From: a virus
Lineage: Duplodnaviria; Caudoviricetes
IMG/VR virus record: IMGVR_UViG_3300039668_000014
Location: 1 to 63,019 of that record
DNA: 63,019 nt
Strand: one strand, 5' to 3'
Shown: positions 27,733-37,566 of the stretch, piece after piece
How the letters are laid out: each line of letters opens with the position of its first letter
How positions within the stretch are numbered: the first letter of the stretch is position 1
Program-made: the position numbers and the translations under genes
The notes under the pieces: model-generated
What the model saw: only the letters and a program-made list of their open reading frames with translations
Database searches by the model: none
What the model was told of the DNA's origin: nothing

Positions 27733-30700
27733 TGCTTTTTCCCTTTGGCACCATCTTCTGCACCTTCTTGGTAGTAGTTGTCTTGGAGCCGGTCTTGCCC
27801 TTAGCCTTGGCAGTCGATGTGGTCGTGGTGTCGCCCTGTTCCATGCTGGGCTGATTGGACTTCTCGACATCGAGCGAGGCCCAGTCGTGGTCCATCTGAT
27901 GCTTGGTTTCCAGAAATGCGCGCCGTAGTTCGTTTTCGTTAATACCCATGTTATGCAGCCGTTCCATGGCCTCAGTCACCGCGGTCAACCTATTGTCGTC
28001 CGCGCCCATAGCCTCAAGGTCGCGTAATTCTTCCTTGCCCTTGGACTTGGCGCGGTTCTCGGCCAGCTTGACCATGAGTTCCTGCACCTGCTGGCTGAGA
28101 TTAGCGTTCTCTTGCTGCAGGTTGGCAATCATTGGACCCGTCTTGCTGTCGTCCAACAGCCACGGCATGTTCTGGGCGATGTTGCGCTTTAAGCGTTCAG
28201 CAATCTCGTTGGCGAGTGGGAAATCACCAGCACGGAACCCAAGGTCGCCCATGACCTCCATCAGCTCGGGCCGCGCCTTGATAATCTCTATGAACGCATC
28301 CCATGCCGCTTCGCGCTGGGTCTGATAGGCGGGGCCAACATCGGCCTCAATGGCGAACTTGCCAATCTTCGGATTGAACAAAACCCGTATTTCATCGGCA
28401 TCGGGCGATGCGTCGGTCTGCTTGATATAAGCTTCCTCGCCATCCGGATTGACTTCGATATTACGGATGGTCCCGTCCTTGGCCATGGTCTGGATGACGC
28501 GGGCGGTATCATAGATATGCGGCGCTAAATCCATCAGCAGTACGGCGGTATGGCGTATCGCCAGCATTTCGCTCTGCACAAAGTCGAAATTAACTACTTC
28601 CTCGGTCTGATGGCGCTTCTCGATCGCCATAGGGGTGCGTTCCAAGGAAGGATTGACTTGCTGTGCAACCTGAATGCCGCTCGCCAATTCCATTTCCGAA
28701 GCAGCAATACGTAGTCCCTCCAGAAAACCTTGCGCTGGGGTTGGCCCCTCAGCCCGCGCTGGCGGGGGGATAGGTTGGCCTTCGTCATCAACATGACGGA
28801 AAGCGAGATATGCCGCGTTCTGAGTGTTCGCCTTTGCCCATGCCGTTTCATTGCCCTCAACGGCAGCGGAGGCAACAACCCATGGAGTCTTGGTCTGTAA
28901 AGCAACAACCTCGACCTCCCCAGAACTGTTATGCGTCGGGACCATTGATGGGCCAGCTAGAAATAGGTGGGACGGCGCATCAACCACCAAGCATTTAGTC
29001 GGCACACTCGGCACTTCCGTAATCGAGATAATACGGTGTCGGCAGGTGCGTCGTGCATGGAACTTCTGCGGTAGACGCGCCTGTTTCCGCGCCAAACCAA
29101 ACGGCATGACCTCCTGACGCATTGAGAATGCAAAACGATATGATTCTTGCGTCTGATAGGTTTTGCCATTTGGGAATTTACGTAGAGCGCCAGCAGTCTT
29201 TGTAAAAGACGCCTTAATCCCCAGACTGTGGAGCAACTCCGCAAAATCTTCCGCCAATCTATCGCTTATCGTGACAAAAACGCATTGCCCTTGCTTCGTG
29301 CAGCAGCCGTCGGTATCCATCAACCCCTGCAACAATTGCTCACGTTGATGCTGCGACGAGCGCAAATACTGCGCTGGAATATGCTTGTTGCTTAAGACAT
29401 TAAGCGCCTTAAGAGATTTTCTAATCCCATAAATCGCAAGGGTTTCGGCGCAACCATTTCCCTTCTGGCGGCCGACACGATAGCCGCAATCCTCTAAATT
29501 CTTCTGCATGGCATCGGCGTCAGCAAAACCTGACGTAATCACTGGCTGATAACTATTACCGTCACCAAGCCATGCCCCGAGTACGTAAGGATGCAGCGGT
29601 AACTCAATATTGGAAAGCTGAAGCGGTTTTGTTGCCCATATAAAGTGCCTTTCTGGAACCAACTCCGCCGTGGTAATCGTTTTCTTCGACCAATCCCAAG
29701 TCGCCGCCTTTCGCTTACCGCGTTCCTCTACCGTCCATAAGTGCCCCTCTCCCGCAACGATATCGGAACCATCATCGAATCTAACCTGATAGCATTTGCG
29801 ATTTATAAAGGTTGGGCTGATGCCGACAACTGCGGTTGGCTTGCCCTCATCGCTCAGCACAACATCGCCGACCTGCACCGCCCCCATCGTCGTCCAGCCG
29901 CCAGGAACCGGCAGCGGTGTATCCAAAGATAAATCGTTGTAATTGTACATCCGCTGCGGGTCTTTGAGTGCGCGAACAATGCCAGCCCGATGCAGTCGGC
30001 TTTCGACTTTCTTTTCCCGCCCCGGCATGCGCACAATCGGGATGAAATGCCCCTTGCGCTCCTTGTCCTCGTCAATGATGCGGTCGCCAAGGATCTTGTA
30101 CCATTCCAATTGGCGGTCCTTGACGTCGCGTTCCTTGTAGTCGATGCCCTGCTTTCCCTTGGAATATTCATCCAGAATCTTGCGGGCGAACTTGGGTATT
30201 TCCGACAAGCGCCCAGTCCAGCTAGTGCCGCTTTCATCCTCGATGTAAATCAGTGTCTCTTCCTTGACGACGATGCGGTAATATTCCGCAACACGCACTG
30301 CATCATTGCGAATCCAGTCGTCCTTGTCGTCTATCGACGGTGACCGCGCCGGCATCGGCAGGCCGATATCCGGATGCAGCCGCCTGAATTCCTTGCGGTT
30401 ATATTCCTTGAATATGAAGGCCCACATCGAATCCGAACCGTCGACCTTGTCCAGGCTCAGGTCGCAATCGAGATAGACATTCATCGGGTCGAGTGGTTCG
30501 ATCTTCAGTTCCTGGTCGAAACTCTCATCGTCCACATAATCATGAACGATGTGCCAATAGCCCAGACCGCCGTTTAACTGGTTTTCCTTGGCGGTGCCGA
30601 AGATGGCCTCGAAGTTGGAAATATACTCGATATGGCGGATAAGCTCCTGCCATACCTGCGCGGCGTCATAGCTGACCTTTTCACCCACCGGCTTGATACG

Positions 30701-31000
30701 CGGTTCGGGCCGGTTCTTCTTCGACTCGTTGGCCAGCTTTTCGACAATGACCGAGGTGCGATTGATGGTCAGGCATGGCCTGTTATTCTGGTCGCGATCT
30801 TCCTTGACCGCATCGGGCCATTGCCAGCCATTATCGGCGTCAGCGTAGCGGAATTTGGTATCGTCGATATAAAGCCGCCGCCAGCCGTTCTCCCAATCCT
30901 GGGATCGCTTAAAGCGTTCCTTGGCCTCCAGCAACAGACGCTGTGTCGGGTCGGCCGGCTCGGGCTGGTCCGGTACCGTGGGATAGGCGGAAACCGCCAT
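27719..31000 (-). CDS. portal protein (P22-like) with intein
   Basis: QWP...RPCLTIN, GGLGYW, KDPQRMYNY, GPAYQTQR; follows TerL. Confidence 0.9.
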   Translation of the reverse strand: MAVSAYPTVPDQPEPADPTQRLLLEAKERFKRSQDWENGWRRLYIDDTKFRYADADNGWQWPDAVKEDRDQNNRPCLTINRTSVIVEKLANESKKNRPEPRIKPVGEKVSYDAAQVWQELIRHIEYISNFEAIFGTAKENQLNGGLGYWHIVHDYVDDESFDQELKIEPLDPMNVYLDCDLSLDKVDGSDSMWAFIFKEYNRKEFRRLHPDIGLPMPARSPSIDDKDDWIRNDAVRVAEYYRIVVKEETLIYIEDESGTSWTGRLSEIPKFARKILDEYSKGKQGIDYKERDVKDRQLEWYKILGDRIIDEDKERKGHFIPIVRMPGREKKVESRLHRAGIVRALKDPQRMYNYNDLSLDTPLPVPGGWTTMGAVQVGDVVLSDEGKPTAVVGISPTFINRKCYQVRFDDGSDIVAGEGHLWTVEERGKRKAATWDWSKKTITTAELVPERHFIWATKPLQLSNIELPLHPYVLGAWLGDGNSYQPVITSGFADADAMQKNLEDCGYRVGRQKGNGCAETLAIYGIRKSLKALNVLSNKHIPAQYLRSSQHQREQLLQGLMDTDGCCTKQGQCVFVTISDRLAEDFAELLHSLGIKASFTKTAGALRKFPNGKTYQTQESYRFAFSMRQEVMPFGLARKQARLPQKFHARRTCRHRIISITEVPSVPTKCLVVDAPSHLFLAGPSMVPTHNSSGEVEVVALQTKTPWVVASAAVEGNETAWAKANTQNAAYLAFRHVDDEGQPIPPPARAEGPTPAQGFLEGLRIAASEMELASGIQVAQQVNPSLERTPMAIEKRHQTEEVVNFDFVQSEMLAIRHTAVLLMDLAPHIYDTARVIQTMAKDGTIRNIEVNPDGEEAYIKQTDASPDADEIRVLFNPKIGKFAIEADVGPAYQTQREAAWDAFIEIIKARPELMEVMGDLGFRAGDFPLANEIAERLKRNIAQNMPWLLDDSKTGPMIANLQQENANLSQQVQELMVKLAENRAKSKGKEELRDLEAMGADDNRLTAVTEAMERLHNMGINENELRRAFLETKHQMDHDWASLDVEKSNQPSMEQGDTTTTSTAKAKGKTGSKTTTTKKVQKMVPKGKSNATP
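28928..29935 (-). mobile_element. class 3-type intein with LAGLIDADG endonuclease (336 aa)
   Basis: DLSLDTPLPVPGGWTTMG...GHLW...LGAWLGDG...LQGLMDTDG...TKCLVVD...VPTHN/S. Confidence 0.9.
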
Positions 31001-31133
31001 TACTGCCCGCCATAGCCGTAGAATATCGCGCGATTAACGATTGCCGCCAGCGTGCGCTGCGCCATGGGACCAAGCATCCTATGCACCGTCATGTGCGATA
31101 CCCCGCTCATCAGCCAGCCACGATAGGACCGCC

Positions 31134-32480
31134 TCATGTCATCCAGCCCAGTCCGCGCGGTACGCTGCCCGGTTGTGGGCCTGGCGATGGCATATGCATC
31201 TGTTGCCGCTTGAATCTATCACCGGTCTGTAATCCCATCACATAACAGCGTAGTGCGTCTGCGCCATGGCTTGCCCATGTGTGAAGTGGTTTAAGCGCTC
31301 TGACGGCATTTCCCTTCGGGTCCTTATTCTCTTCATCAACGTCGTATTTGTAATGCGCCAATGCTTGCAGCCCATCAGTGCATTTCTCTTCATTGAAGCA
31401 GAACCGTGGGAACGTCATCCGCACTGCGTTGATATCGTTGACCACATTGGGCGTGCGCTCGACCACAACCACCTGGCCGTCGTTGGGATAGGCATCCTTG
31501 GTCTGCGCTTCTATGCTTTTCTTGGCGGCAACCGTCTCGTGTCGACCATCGTGCGGCAGGTATATCTTGCCGATGCGATAGCGCCTGCCCTGAATTTCCT
31601 CGAGGTAATGCGACCAGTCGTAGCCGACATTGCTGTAATAATCGACGAAACGATGCTCCATGCCCCATTGCTGCACGAACCACAGGCAGCAAGTATCGGC
31701 CCTGCCCAGGTCTACTCCGATATCGACCGCCCTTGACTTATCATGGCGAACATTAGGCGATACCCGCCCGCTCATCATTGCCGCTTCCAATTCCTTGGCG
31801 TAGATGGCGCCCTGCACCACCCGCCTGACCTTGCCTTCCCAGATGGTCAGGTAGTTCTCATAGTCCCGCTTGCGCATCTCATCCATTTGCCTGCGCGAGA
31901 TGTCAGGAAACCATGGGTTGTCGCTGTGATTTATTTCCCTAACGAACGTACCATGCGGCGGATTAAGCACCCAGCGTTTATAGGTTTCGTCGGTGGCAAG
32001 CTCAGGATTGAACTCAACCCATATCTCTGAGCCCTTACCAAAGGGCCCATACGGCGGATCGCGCCGAATAGTGGGTAATAGCGTGTCCCACGAATAGGCG
32101 CTCACCCCGTTGGCCTCAATCACCGCACAGATATCGATGCCTTCCATGGATTTGATGGCGTTGATGTTGTTCTTGATGCCAGCGAACACGAATTGCGTGC
32201 CGTTGCGGCCGATAATGCGATGCGATTGCACTTCGTAGAAGTCAGCCAACCCCAGAGGCACCAATTGCGTGGCAAGAACACGGTGCACCGACTCGGCAAT
32301 GGACTTTTGAATCTCGCGGGCACAAAGTATAAACAGCGGCGTATGAACTTCGCGTGCACCCAGTATCAGCAGCGCGCGGCAGAAGGCCCATGTCTTGGAT
32401 GCGCCGCGGCCGCCATACAGCACCTTATAGGGTGCGGGTTCGAATAGCGGCAGAACCTTGGGCGGGAAAAGGGCTTCCAT
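31134..32480 (-). CDS. terL: terminase large subunit
   Basis: Walker A YGGRGASKT, CAREIQKSI, FNP, GVDLG, SHGADALR. Confidence 0.93.
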   Translation of the reverse strand: MEALFPPKVLPLFEPAPYKVLYGGRGASKTWAFCRALLILGAREVHTPLFILCAREIQKSIAESVHRVLATQLVPLGLADFYEVQSHRIIGRNGTQFVFAGIKNNINAIKSMEGIDICAVIEANGVSAYSWDTLLPTIRRDPPYGPFGKGSEIWVEFNPELATDETYKRWVLNPPHGTFVREINHSDNPWFPDISRRQMDEMRKRDYENYLTIWEGKVRRVVQGAIYAKELEAAMMSGRVSPNVRHDKSRAVDIGVDLGRADTCCLWFVQQWGMEHRFVDYYSNVGYDWSHYLEEIQGRRYRIGKIYLPHDGRHETVAAKKSIEAQTKDAYPNDGQVVVVERTPNVVNDINAVRMTFPRFCFNEEKCTDGLQALAHYKYDVDEENKDPKGNAVRALKPLHTWASHGADALRCYVMGLQTGDRFKRQQMHMPSPGPQPGSVPRGLGWMT

Positions 32481-32977
32481 TATTCCAGCAGGCCGATTTC
32501 AGTATAGGTGCCGAAGGCGTTGAATACGATTCCAATATCGGTGATGGGTACATTGTTCAGCAATACACAGGGTTGACCGGCCAGTTTAGCGGTTTGATTG
32601 ACCACGATCTGCACATTCGGGTGCAGAAATAGATTATCGTCAAGCCCCTTGGTGCTTATCATCGGCCAATAGCCGGGCAGCGTATTGACGCTATCAACCC
32701 CTAAATTGCCCCATATAACGGTTTCCAGCGCGGTTGGATTGGGTTGCTGGAAGTATGAACCTATGACCGTATCGCGTCCCGCAGCCGCAAGACTATCAAA
32801 CTGGAATATGTAATTGACCGTATCGCTGGCCGATACGACCGGTCGCGTGTACAGGACAATCCAGTTTCGGTTGCCGTCGATAACGGCATTGCGAGATCCG
32901 TCTATGAAGCCGGTATTCGGGGTTGCCACGGGTTTAGGTGAAAGCCCCTGGGTTAGTCCCACCCTTCCAGCCGCCAT
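32480..32977 (-). CDS. hypothetical protein, paralog of 34631-35113
   Basis: YIFQF, PGYW, HPNVQI shared. Confidence 0.55.
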   Translation of the reverse strand: MAAGRVGLTQGLSPKPVATPNTGFIDGSRNAVIDGNRNWIVLYTRPVVSASDTVNYIFQFDSLAAAGRDTVIGSYFQQPNPTALETVIWGNLGVDSVNTLPGYWPMISTKGLDDNLFLHPNVQIVVNQTAKLAGQPCVLLNNVPITDIGIVFNAFGTYTEIGLLE

Positions 32978-34634
32978 TGTAAATGTAGAATTTATTGTTG
33001 GTCGAGTCGTAAACCATCGGCACTCTGCCAGTATAGGCAGTAGGAACCCCAGTAGGCGGTCCGGCACAGGCTGGAATATACAGAAAGCCATCGGTCGCAA
33101 TAGTGGCAATCGCGCCATTGCCAACAGCCCAACTACCTTTATTATCTATTCGGCCACGATTAGCCAACGATGTGGTCCCGCTTGGCACGGTATAGAATAC
33201 GATACGACCGGGCATTGAGCCCGCGCCGGGCGCGCCATCAACCTCGTAGTTTATGCCGGAAGATAGTTTGTAAGCAGTTCCGTCGCTGCCCCAGCCGTTC
33301 ATGTTCCCCAACACGTCACCATTTTGGACAATAGTTTGCGTGGTTGGCGCTGCGCCGCGCGTCAGAAATTGCTGAATGCCGGTAGCATTGCCATTAAGAC
33401 TAATCGAGCCAATCGCATTGAAGCTATTGCCGTCGCCAACAATCTCCGACAGATTGCCGTTGCCGGAATTGGGGAAATTGCCGACATTCCACTGTTGGGT
33501 AATGCTCTTATAGAACGTGCCGCCGCCGGCATCGCCAGTCTGGTTAAACCAAGAATTTATGACAGTTAATATACCGCTCATGGCAGAAAGCGGCTGGGTG
33601 AAATTGCAGCCGATGACGGTTATTGGTTGGCCAGCGGCGTTAAGCACTGGGCCAGTGCCAGCGACACCATTGCCGCCAATGCAGTTTATCAAGGTTACCG
33701 GATGGGCGCCGCTTTTTACGAACGTGCCTGTCGCTGCCGGTGTATGCTCGCAACCGGTAAGAACGGGACTGCCAAATGGAGCAGTGAGAAAGTTCAGGCT
33801 TTCAGACCGACACCCAGAGATTTGATAGGCATCGCCCGTCCCATTGTCGATCTGAATGTCCCACGAATTGCTGTTGCCGTTCTCGAAATTAACACCAATG
33901 ATCGTAGGAATAGACCCCTTAAACACCCAAATGCCAATGCCGGTGCAATTGATGATGTTGCCGCCGTAAATCTGATTGCCAAGCGCGTTGAAGTTATTGG
34001 TCTTTATGGCCGCGACTGCGATATTGCCGAAGTCGCAGTCGCGGATCACATTTTCAGAACACTGGAAGCCAGACTGACCAATCCGAAGCCCGATGTCGCC
34101 GCTATTGGCGCCGCTGAAGAAGAGCTTATTGAACGTGACTTCCTGGCTATTGACCGGCTGCGAACCATCCCAATCGTAGTCAATCCCAATGCCATTTGTG
34201 GACATTTTGAGCAAGAGCTGCTCAATCGTTGAAAAAGCAAACCCATTTGTCTTGAATACGGCTAGGCCGGAAGTGGCTTGGGTAATCTGCGATGTGCCTG
34301 GGCCAGCACCGCTAATGACGGCACTCGCCACATTGGTCAAAGTCAGTGCGGCCGTGATCTTGTAGTTGCCGGGTGGGAAATACAGCATCCCCTTGTTGGT
34401 CGGATTAAGCGCATTGGTGTTGGGCGGAAAGACGGTATTGATTGCCGCCTGGATGGCGGCGGTATCGTCGGTGGTGCCGTCGCCCGTGGCACCAAAGTCC
34501 TTAACTGAAAATGGGGTGCTGAGCCCACCGAAGCGATTGGCAAGCGTGTTGGCGACGGTGGTATTGGTCGCTAGTACGGATACGTTATCAAGTAGTACCG
34601 TTGGAATTGGAAAGGTGGTGAATGGAAGCGTCAT
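32934..34634 (-). CDS. tailspike-like beta-helix (pectate lyase superfamily) protein
   Basis: SVKDFGATGDGTTDDTAAIQAAIN...LYFPPGNYKIT. Confidence 0.8.
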   Translation of the reverse strand: MTLPFTTFPIPTVLLDNVSVLATNTTVANTLANRFGGLSTPFSVKDFGATGDGTTDDTAAIQAAINTVFPPNTNALNPTNKGMLYFPPGNYKITAALTLTNVASAVISGAGPGTSQITQATSGLAVFKTNGFAFSTIEQLLLKMSTNGIGIDYDWDGSQPVNSQEVTFNKLFFSGANSGDIGLRIGQSGFQCSENVIRDCDFGNIAVAAIKTNNFNALGNQIYGGNIINCTGIGIWVFKGSIPTIIGVNFENGNSNSWDIQIDNGTGDAYQISGCRSESLNFLTAPFGSPVLTGCEHTPAATGTFVKSGAHPVTLINCIGGNGVAGTGPVLNAAGQPITVIGCNFTQPLSAMSGILTVINSWFNQTGDAGGGTFYKSITQQWNVGNFPNSGNGNLSEIVGDGNSFNAIGSISLNGNATGIQQFLTRGAAPTTQTIVQNGDVLGNMNGWGSDGTAYKLSSGINYEVDGAPGAGSMPGRIVFYTVPSGTTSLANRGRIDNKGSWAVGNGAIATIATDGFLYIPACAGPPTGVPTAYTGRVPMVYDSTNNKFYIYNGGWKGGTNPGAFT

Positions 34635-35113
34635 GTAGGCGGCAATCCTTGGATGAAATTATTGCCATAATTGTCGATGACAATGCCCAGATGTGTCGGA
34701 CATAGATTGCTGCCCAGTAGCGCATTGGTTGTATTGATTTGATTCAAGTCCAAGCAAACCTGAATATTGGGATGAAAGTACATGTTCGAGCGCACCCCGC
34801 CAGTTTCGATGATCATCAGCCAAAATCCGGGTTCTGGGGTGACGCTATTAACCGTCAAGTCGGCGTAAACAAGAAGCTCCTGTCGATTCAAGTATGGAAC
34901 ATTAAATAGCGGTCCGACGACGCTATCCGCCTGCGCCGCGGCTATGTCGGTAAATTGAAAGATGTAAGCAATGCTGTCGTTGGCATTGACGCTCGGCAGC
35001 GTGCCTGAACTGGCGATGAGAAAGACTTGGCCGCCATCGTCAGTAAGAAACGTAGCGCCATCGTCAGCAAGGAGAAAAAGATTGCCAAAGCCGGGGATAA
35101 AGCAGTCAGCCAT
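34631..35113 (-). CDS. hypothetical protein, paralog of 32480-32977
   Basis: YIFQF, PGFW, HPNIQV. Confidence 0.55.
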   Translation of the reverse strand: MADCFIPGFGNLFLLADDGATFLTDDGGQVFLIASSGTLPSVNANDSIAYIFQFTDIAAAQADSVVGPLFNVPYLNRQELLVYADLTVNSVTPEPGFWLMIIETGGVRSNMYFHPNIQVCLDLNQINTTNALLGSNLCPTHLGIVIDNYGNNFIQGLPPT

Positions 35114-35120
35114 GCCGAGG

Positions 35121-35309
35121 TCATGTAGCGCTAAGTCGTTCGGTGTCGCCGTTTAGCTTTTGCTTGTCCAACTCAGTCTTCTGTTTGTCCAATTCGGTCT
35201 TTTGCTTCTCCAACTCTACCCCAATAGCCGCGCGCATATTGATAAGCTTATTGGTCAGTTCCGCGACCATTTCTCGATAAGCCTGAATAACGTGGTCCTT
35301 CTCATCCAT
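35121..35309 (-). CDS. small coiled-coil protein
   Basis: KQKTELD repeats. Confidence 0.5.
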   Translation of the reverse strand: MDEKDHVIQAYREMVAELTNKLINMRAAIGVELEKQKTELDKQKTELDKQKLNGDTERLSAT

Positions 35310-35317
35310 TGTGGCAC

Positions 35318-35602
35318 CTAAATCAGTTGGTAGAACGACAGCTTGAGCGTGCCGCCATTTGGCACGCCAGCATTGGTATTATCCATCAAGGCTTTGATTT
35401 GCTGCACCGCCAGCTTGAAGTTGTCGAAGTTGGCCGCACTCAAGTCGGCCCTACCCGATGCGGTTGCCGTCGCCGCCGTATTAGTCGATAGCGCGGTATC
35501 GGCAGAGATGCGGTCCGCCAGCAATTCAAGGGTTTCGACTGCTGCAACAAACGCATTGGAGCCGTCCACTACGGCCTTGAAGAAGCTTCTGGTGTCGGTC
35601 AT
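35318..35602 (-). CDS. hypothetical protein
   Basis: GAGGA RBS; helical. Confidence 0.55.
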   Translation of the reverse strand: MTDTRSFFKAVVDGSNAFVAAVETLELLADRISADTALSTNTAATATASGRADLSAANFDNFKLAVQQIKALMDNTNAGVPNGGTLKLSFYQLI

Positions 35603-35612
35603 TGTTTATCCT

Positions 35613-37379
35613 CTATTGCCAAGTTATGAGTGCTGCGCCTGCTGGGGTCTTGGGCTGCTTCCAGGTGCCACCGAGATAAAGCCAGAGCTGGCTGTTGGTC
35701 GTATCAACATACATAGGCACGGTTCCAGTGTGTCCTGTCGGTACTCCCGTTGGGGTTCCTGCGCCGGAATCAACATACAGAAACCCGCTCGTTGCGTTGG
35801 TCGCCGTTCCTGCGCCCACTATCAGGTCGGTGTCGATAATAGCATTGCCAGACACTTCTAATTGCTGCGAAGGGGCCTTCACTCCGATGCCAATCTTGGC
35901 GGTGCTGATGGTAGCACCGGTTCCCGTAAGCCCAGTACCGTAGATATAGTTGCCTATGGAGAGCTGGCCGTTCGCAGAGGCGCTTGAAACATCGCAATTA
36001 GAGCCAATTACGATATTCTGAGACCCAGTTATAATGGTTATGCCCGTTCCGGCCGCCGTAGAACTATCGCCGCCAAGAACGGTATTATTCGACCCCGAAG
36101 TGCCCAGAACAAGAGCGCGATTCCCTATGGCAACATTGCCTGCTCCGATGCTTATCGAAAATCCAGCACCCTGACCGATGGCGCTGTTAACATTTCCGCC
36201 ATTTGAATTCGTCAGGGCGCCCGAACCTATGCCAACACTGTCTGAGCCACTAGTCTCTTTATTGAGAGCATTATTCCCGACCCCGCAATTCTCGACGCCG
36301 CTAGTTAAGGCCACAAGCGCACCAAAGCCCATACCAAAATTTGATTTACCGGAAACGGTTAAATTACCGGCTTCGCCAATGAACCAGTTGTCGCCGCTAA
36401 CATTGGGGACAACAAAAAGCCCCGCCAATCCCTGCACGCTTATCGTGCCATTAACATCCAGCGCAGACGCCGGCGCCTTTACCCCAATCCCAATCTTGCC
36501 GGTGCTGATGGTAGAGCCAGTGCCAGTAAGGCCAGTGCCGTAGATATAATTGCCGATGGAGAGTTGGCCGTTAGCGGAGGCAGAGGGGACATCGCAGCCA
36601 GCGCCGATGACGATATTCTGCGATCCGCTTGTTATCGTATTGGCGGTAAATGGCGCCCCGCCCGATCCCCCGCCAATAACTGTATTCATGGTGCCGGACG
36701 AGAGACTGTTGCCGGCAGCCAATCCTATCGCGGTATTTCCAAAACCACCAACAAGACCCGGGATGGCCGCGTGACCAATGCCCGTATTGTAGCTACCGCC
36801 GTTTATACTTTGTCCGGCAGCTACTCCGATAAGAACATTATCTGAATCCGTGATAATAGCTTTACCGGCACTACTGCCAATTGCGATATTATTTGCGCCC
36901 CCAGCGACAAGAACCAAGGCTAGCGCACCAATGCCAATATTAAGATTTCCGCCGGTTAGTGATGCAAGAGCACCGGCACCCATGCCAAAGTTGCCGATGC
37001 CCGTTAATGTAAAATTTCCAGAACCGCCGATAAACCAACTATCTCCACCTGCATTGCCGATCGAATACAGCGCCTCCATAAGTCCGCTAGAGTTGGTGTA
37101 GAGATAGGCATTCCCGGCAGTAACATTTGGTTGTCCCGAGACGATGGTAAAATTCGCCGCCTCGCCAATCGTCCCGGCATTGTCGTAGAGCACGCGGCCG
37201 GTAGTGCCACCGATGATCGGCGTAGTATTGATGGTCAGTCCATAGGCGCCAGTATTGCCTGCGGCAATGGACTTCGATAACCCGCCCCGCTCGACATACA
37301 ACAAGTCTGTCGTGTTAAGCGACGTGATAAGCGTATTGGTCTGGACGAAGTGGGCGAATAACTCAGTCAACAGCGGCAT
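35613..37379 (-). CDS. Gly-rich fibre/adhesin with beta-roll repeats
   Basis: Repeated N-x-A-I-G units; internal duplication of GQLSIGNYIYGTGLTGTG. Confidence 0.7.
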   Translation of the reverse strand: MPLLTELFAHFVQTNTLITSLNTTDLLYVERGGLSKSIAAGNTGAYGLTINTTPIIGGTTGRVLYDNAGTIGEAANFTIVSGQPNVTAGNAYLYTNSSGLMEALYSIGNAGGDSWFIGGSGNFTLTGIGNFGMGAGALASLTGGNLNIGIGALALVLVAGGANNIAIGSSAGKAIITDSDNVLIGVAAGQSINGGSYNTGIGHAAIPGLVGGFGNTAIGLAAGNSLSSGTMNTVIGGGSGGAPFTANTITSGSQNIVIGAGCDVPSASANGQLSIGNYIYGTGLTGTGSTISTGKIGIGVKAPASALDVNGTISVQGLAGLFVVPNVSGDNWFIGEAGNLTVSGKSNFGMGFGALVALTSGVENCGVGNNALNKETSGSDSVGIGSGALTNSNGGNVNSAIGQGAGFSISIGAGNVAIGNRALVLGTSGSNNTVLGGDSSTAAGTGITIITGSQNIVIGSNCDVSSASANGQLSIGNYIYGTGLTGTGATISTAKIGIGVKAPSQQLEVSGNAIIDTDLIVGAGTATNATSGFLYVDSGAGTPTGVPTGHTGTVPMYVDTTNSQLWLYLGGTWKQPKTPAGAALITWQ

Positions 37380-37566
37380 TCGTTCACCAAGAATCGTTAA
37401 TTGCTTTTATCAGCGCATCATATAATTTTTCGAATGATGCGGCTACGACAGTATCTTTCGCCTTGAAGAAATCCATGAAATCACTCCTACCTAATGCCAC
37501 CTGAAGCATATTGGCGTCATACTCAGTCAACGGGACTTGAATTATTTTCATCACATCACCTCAACA

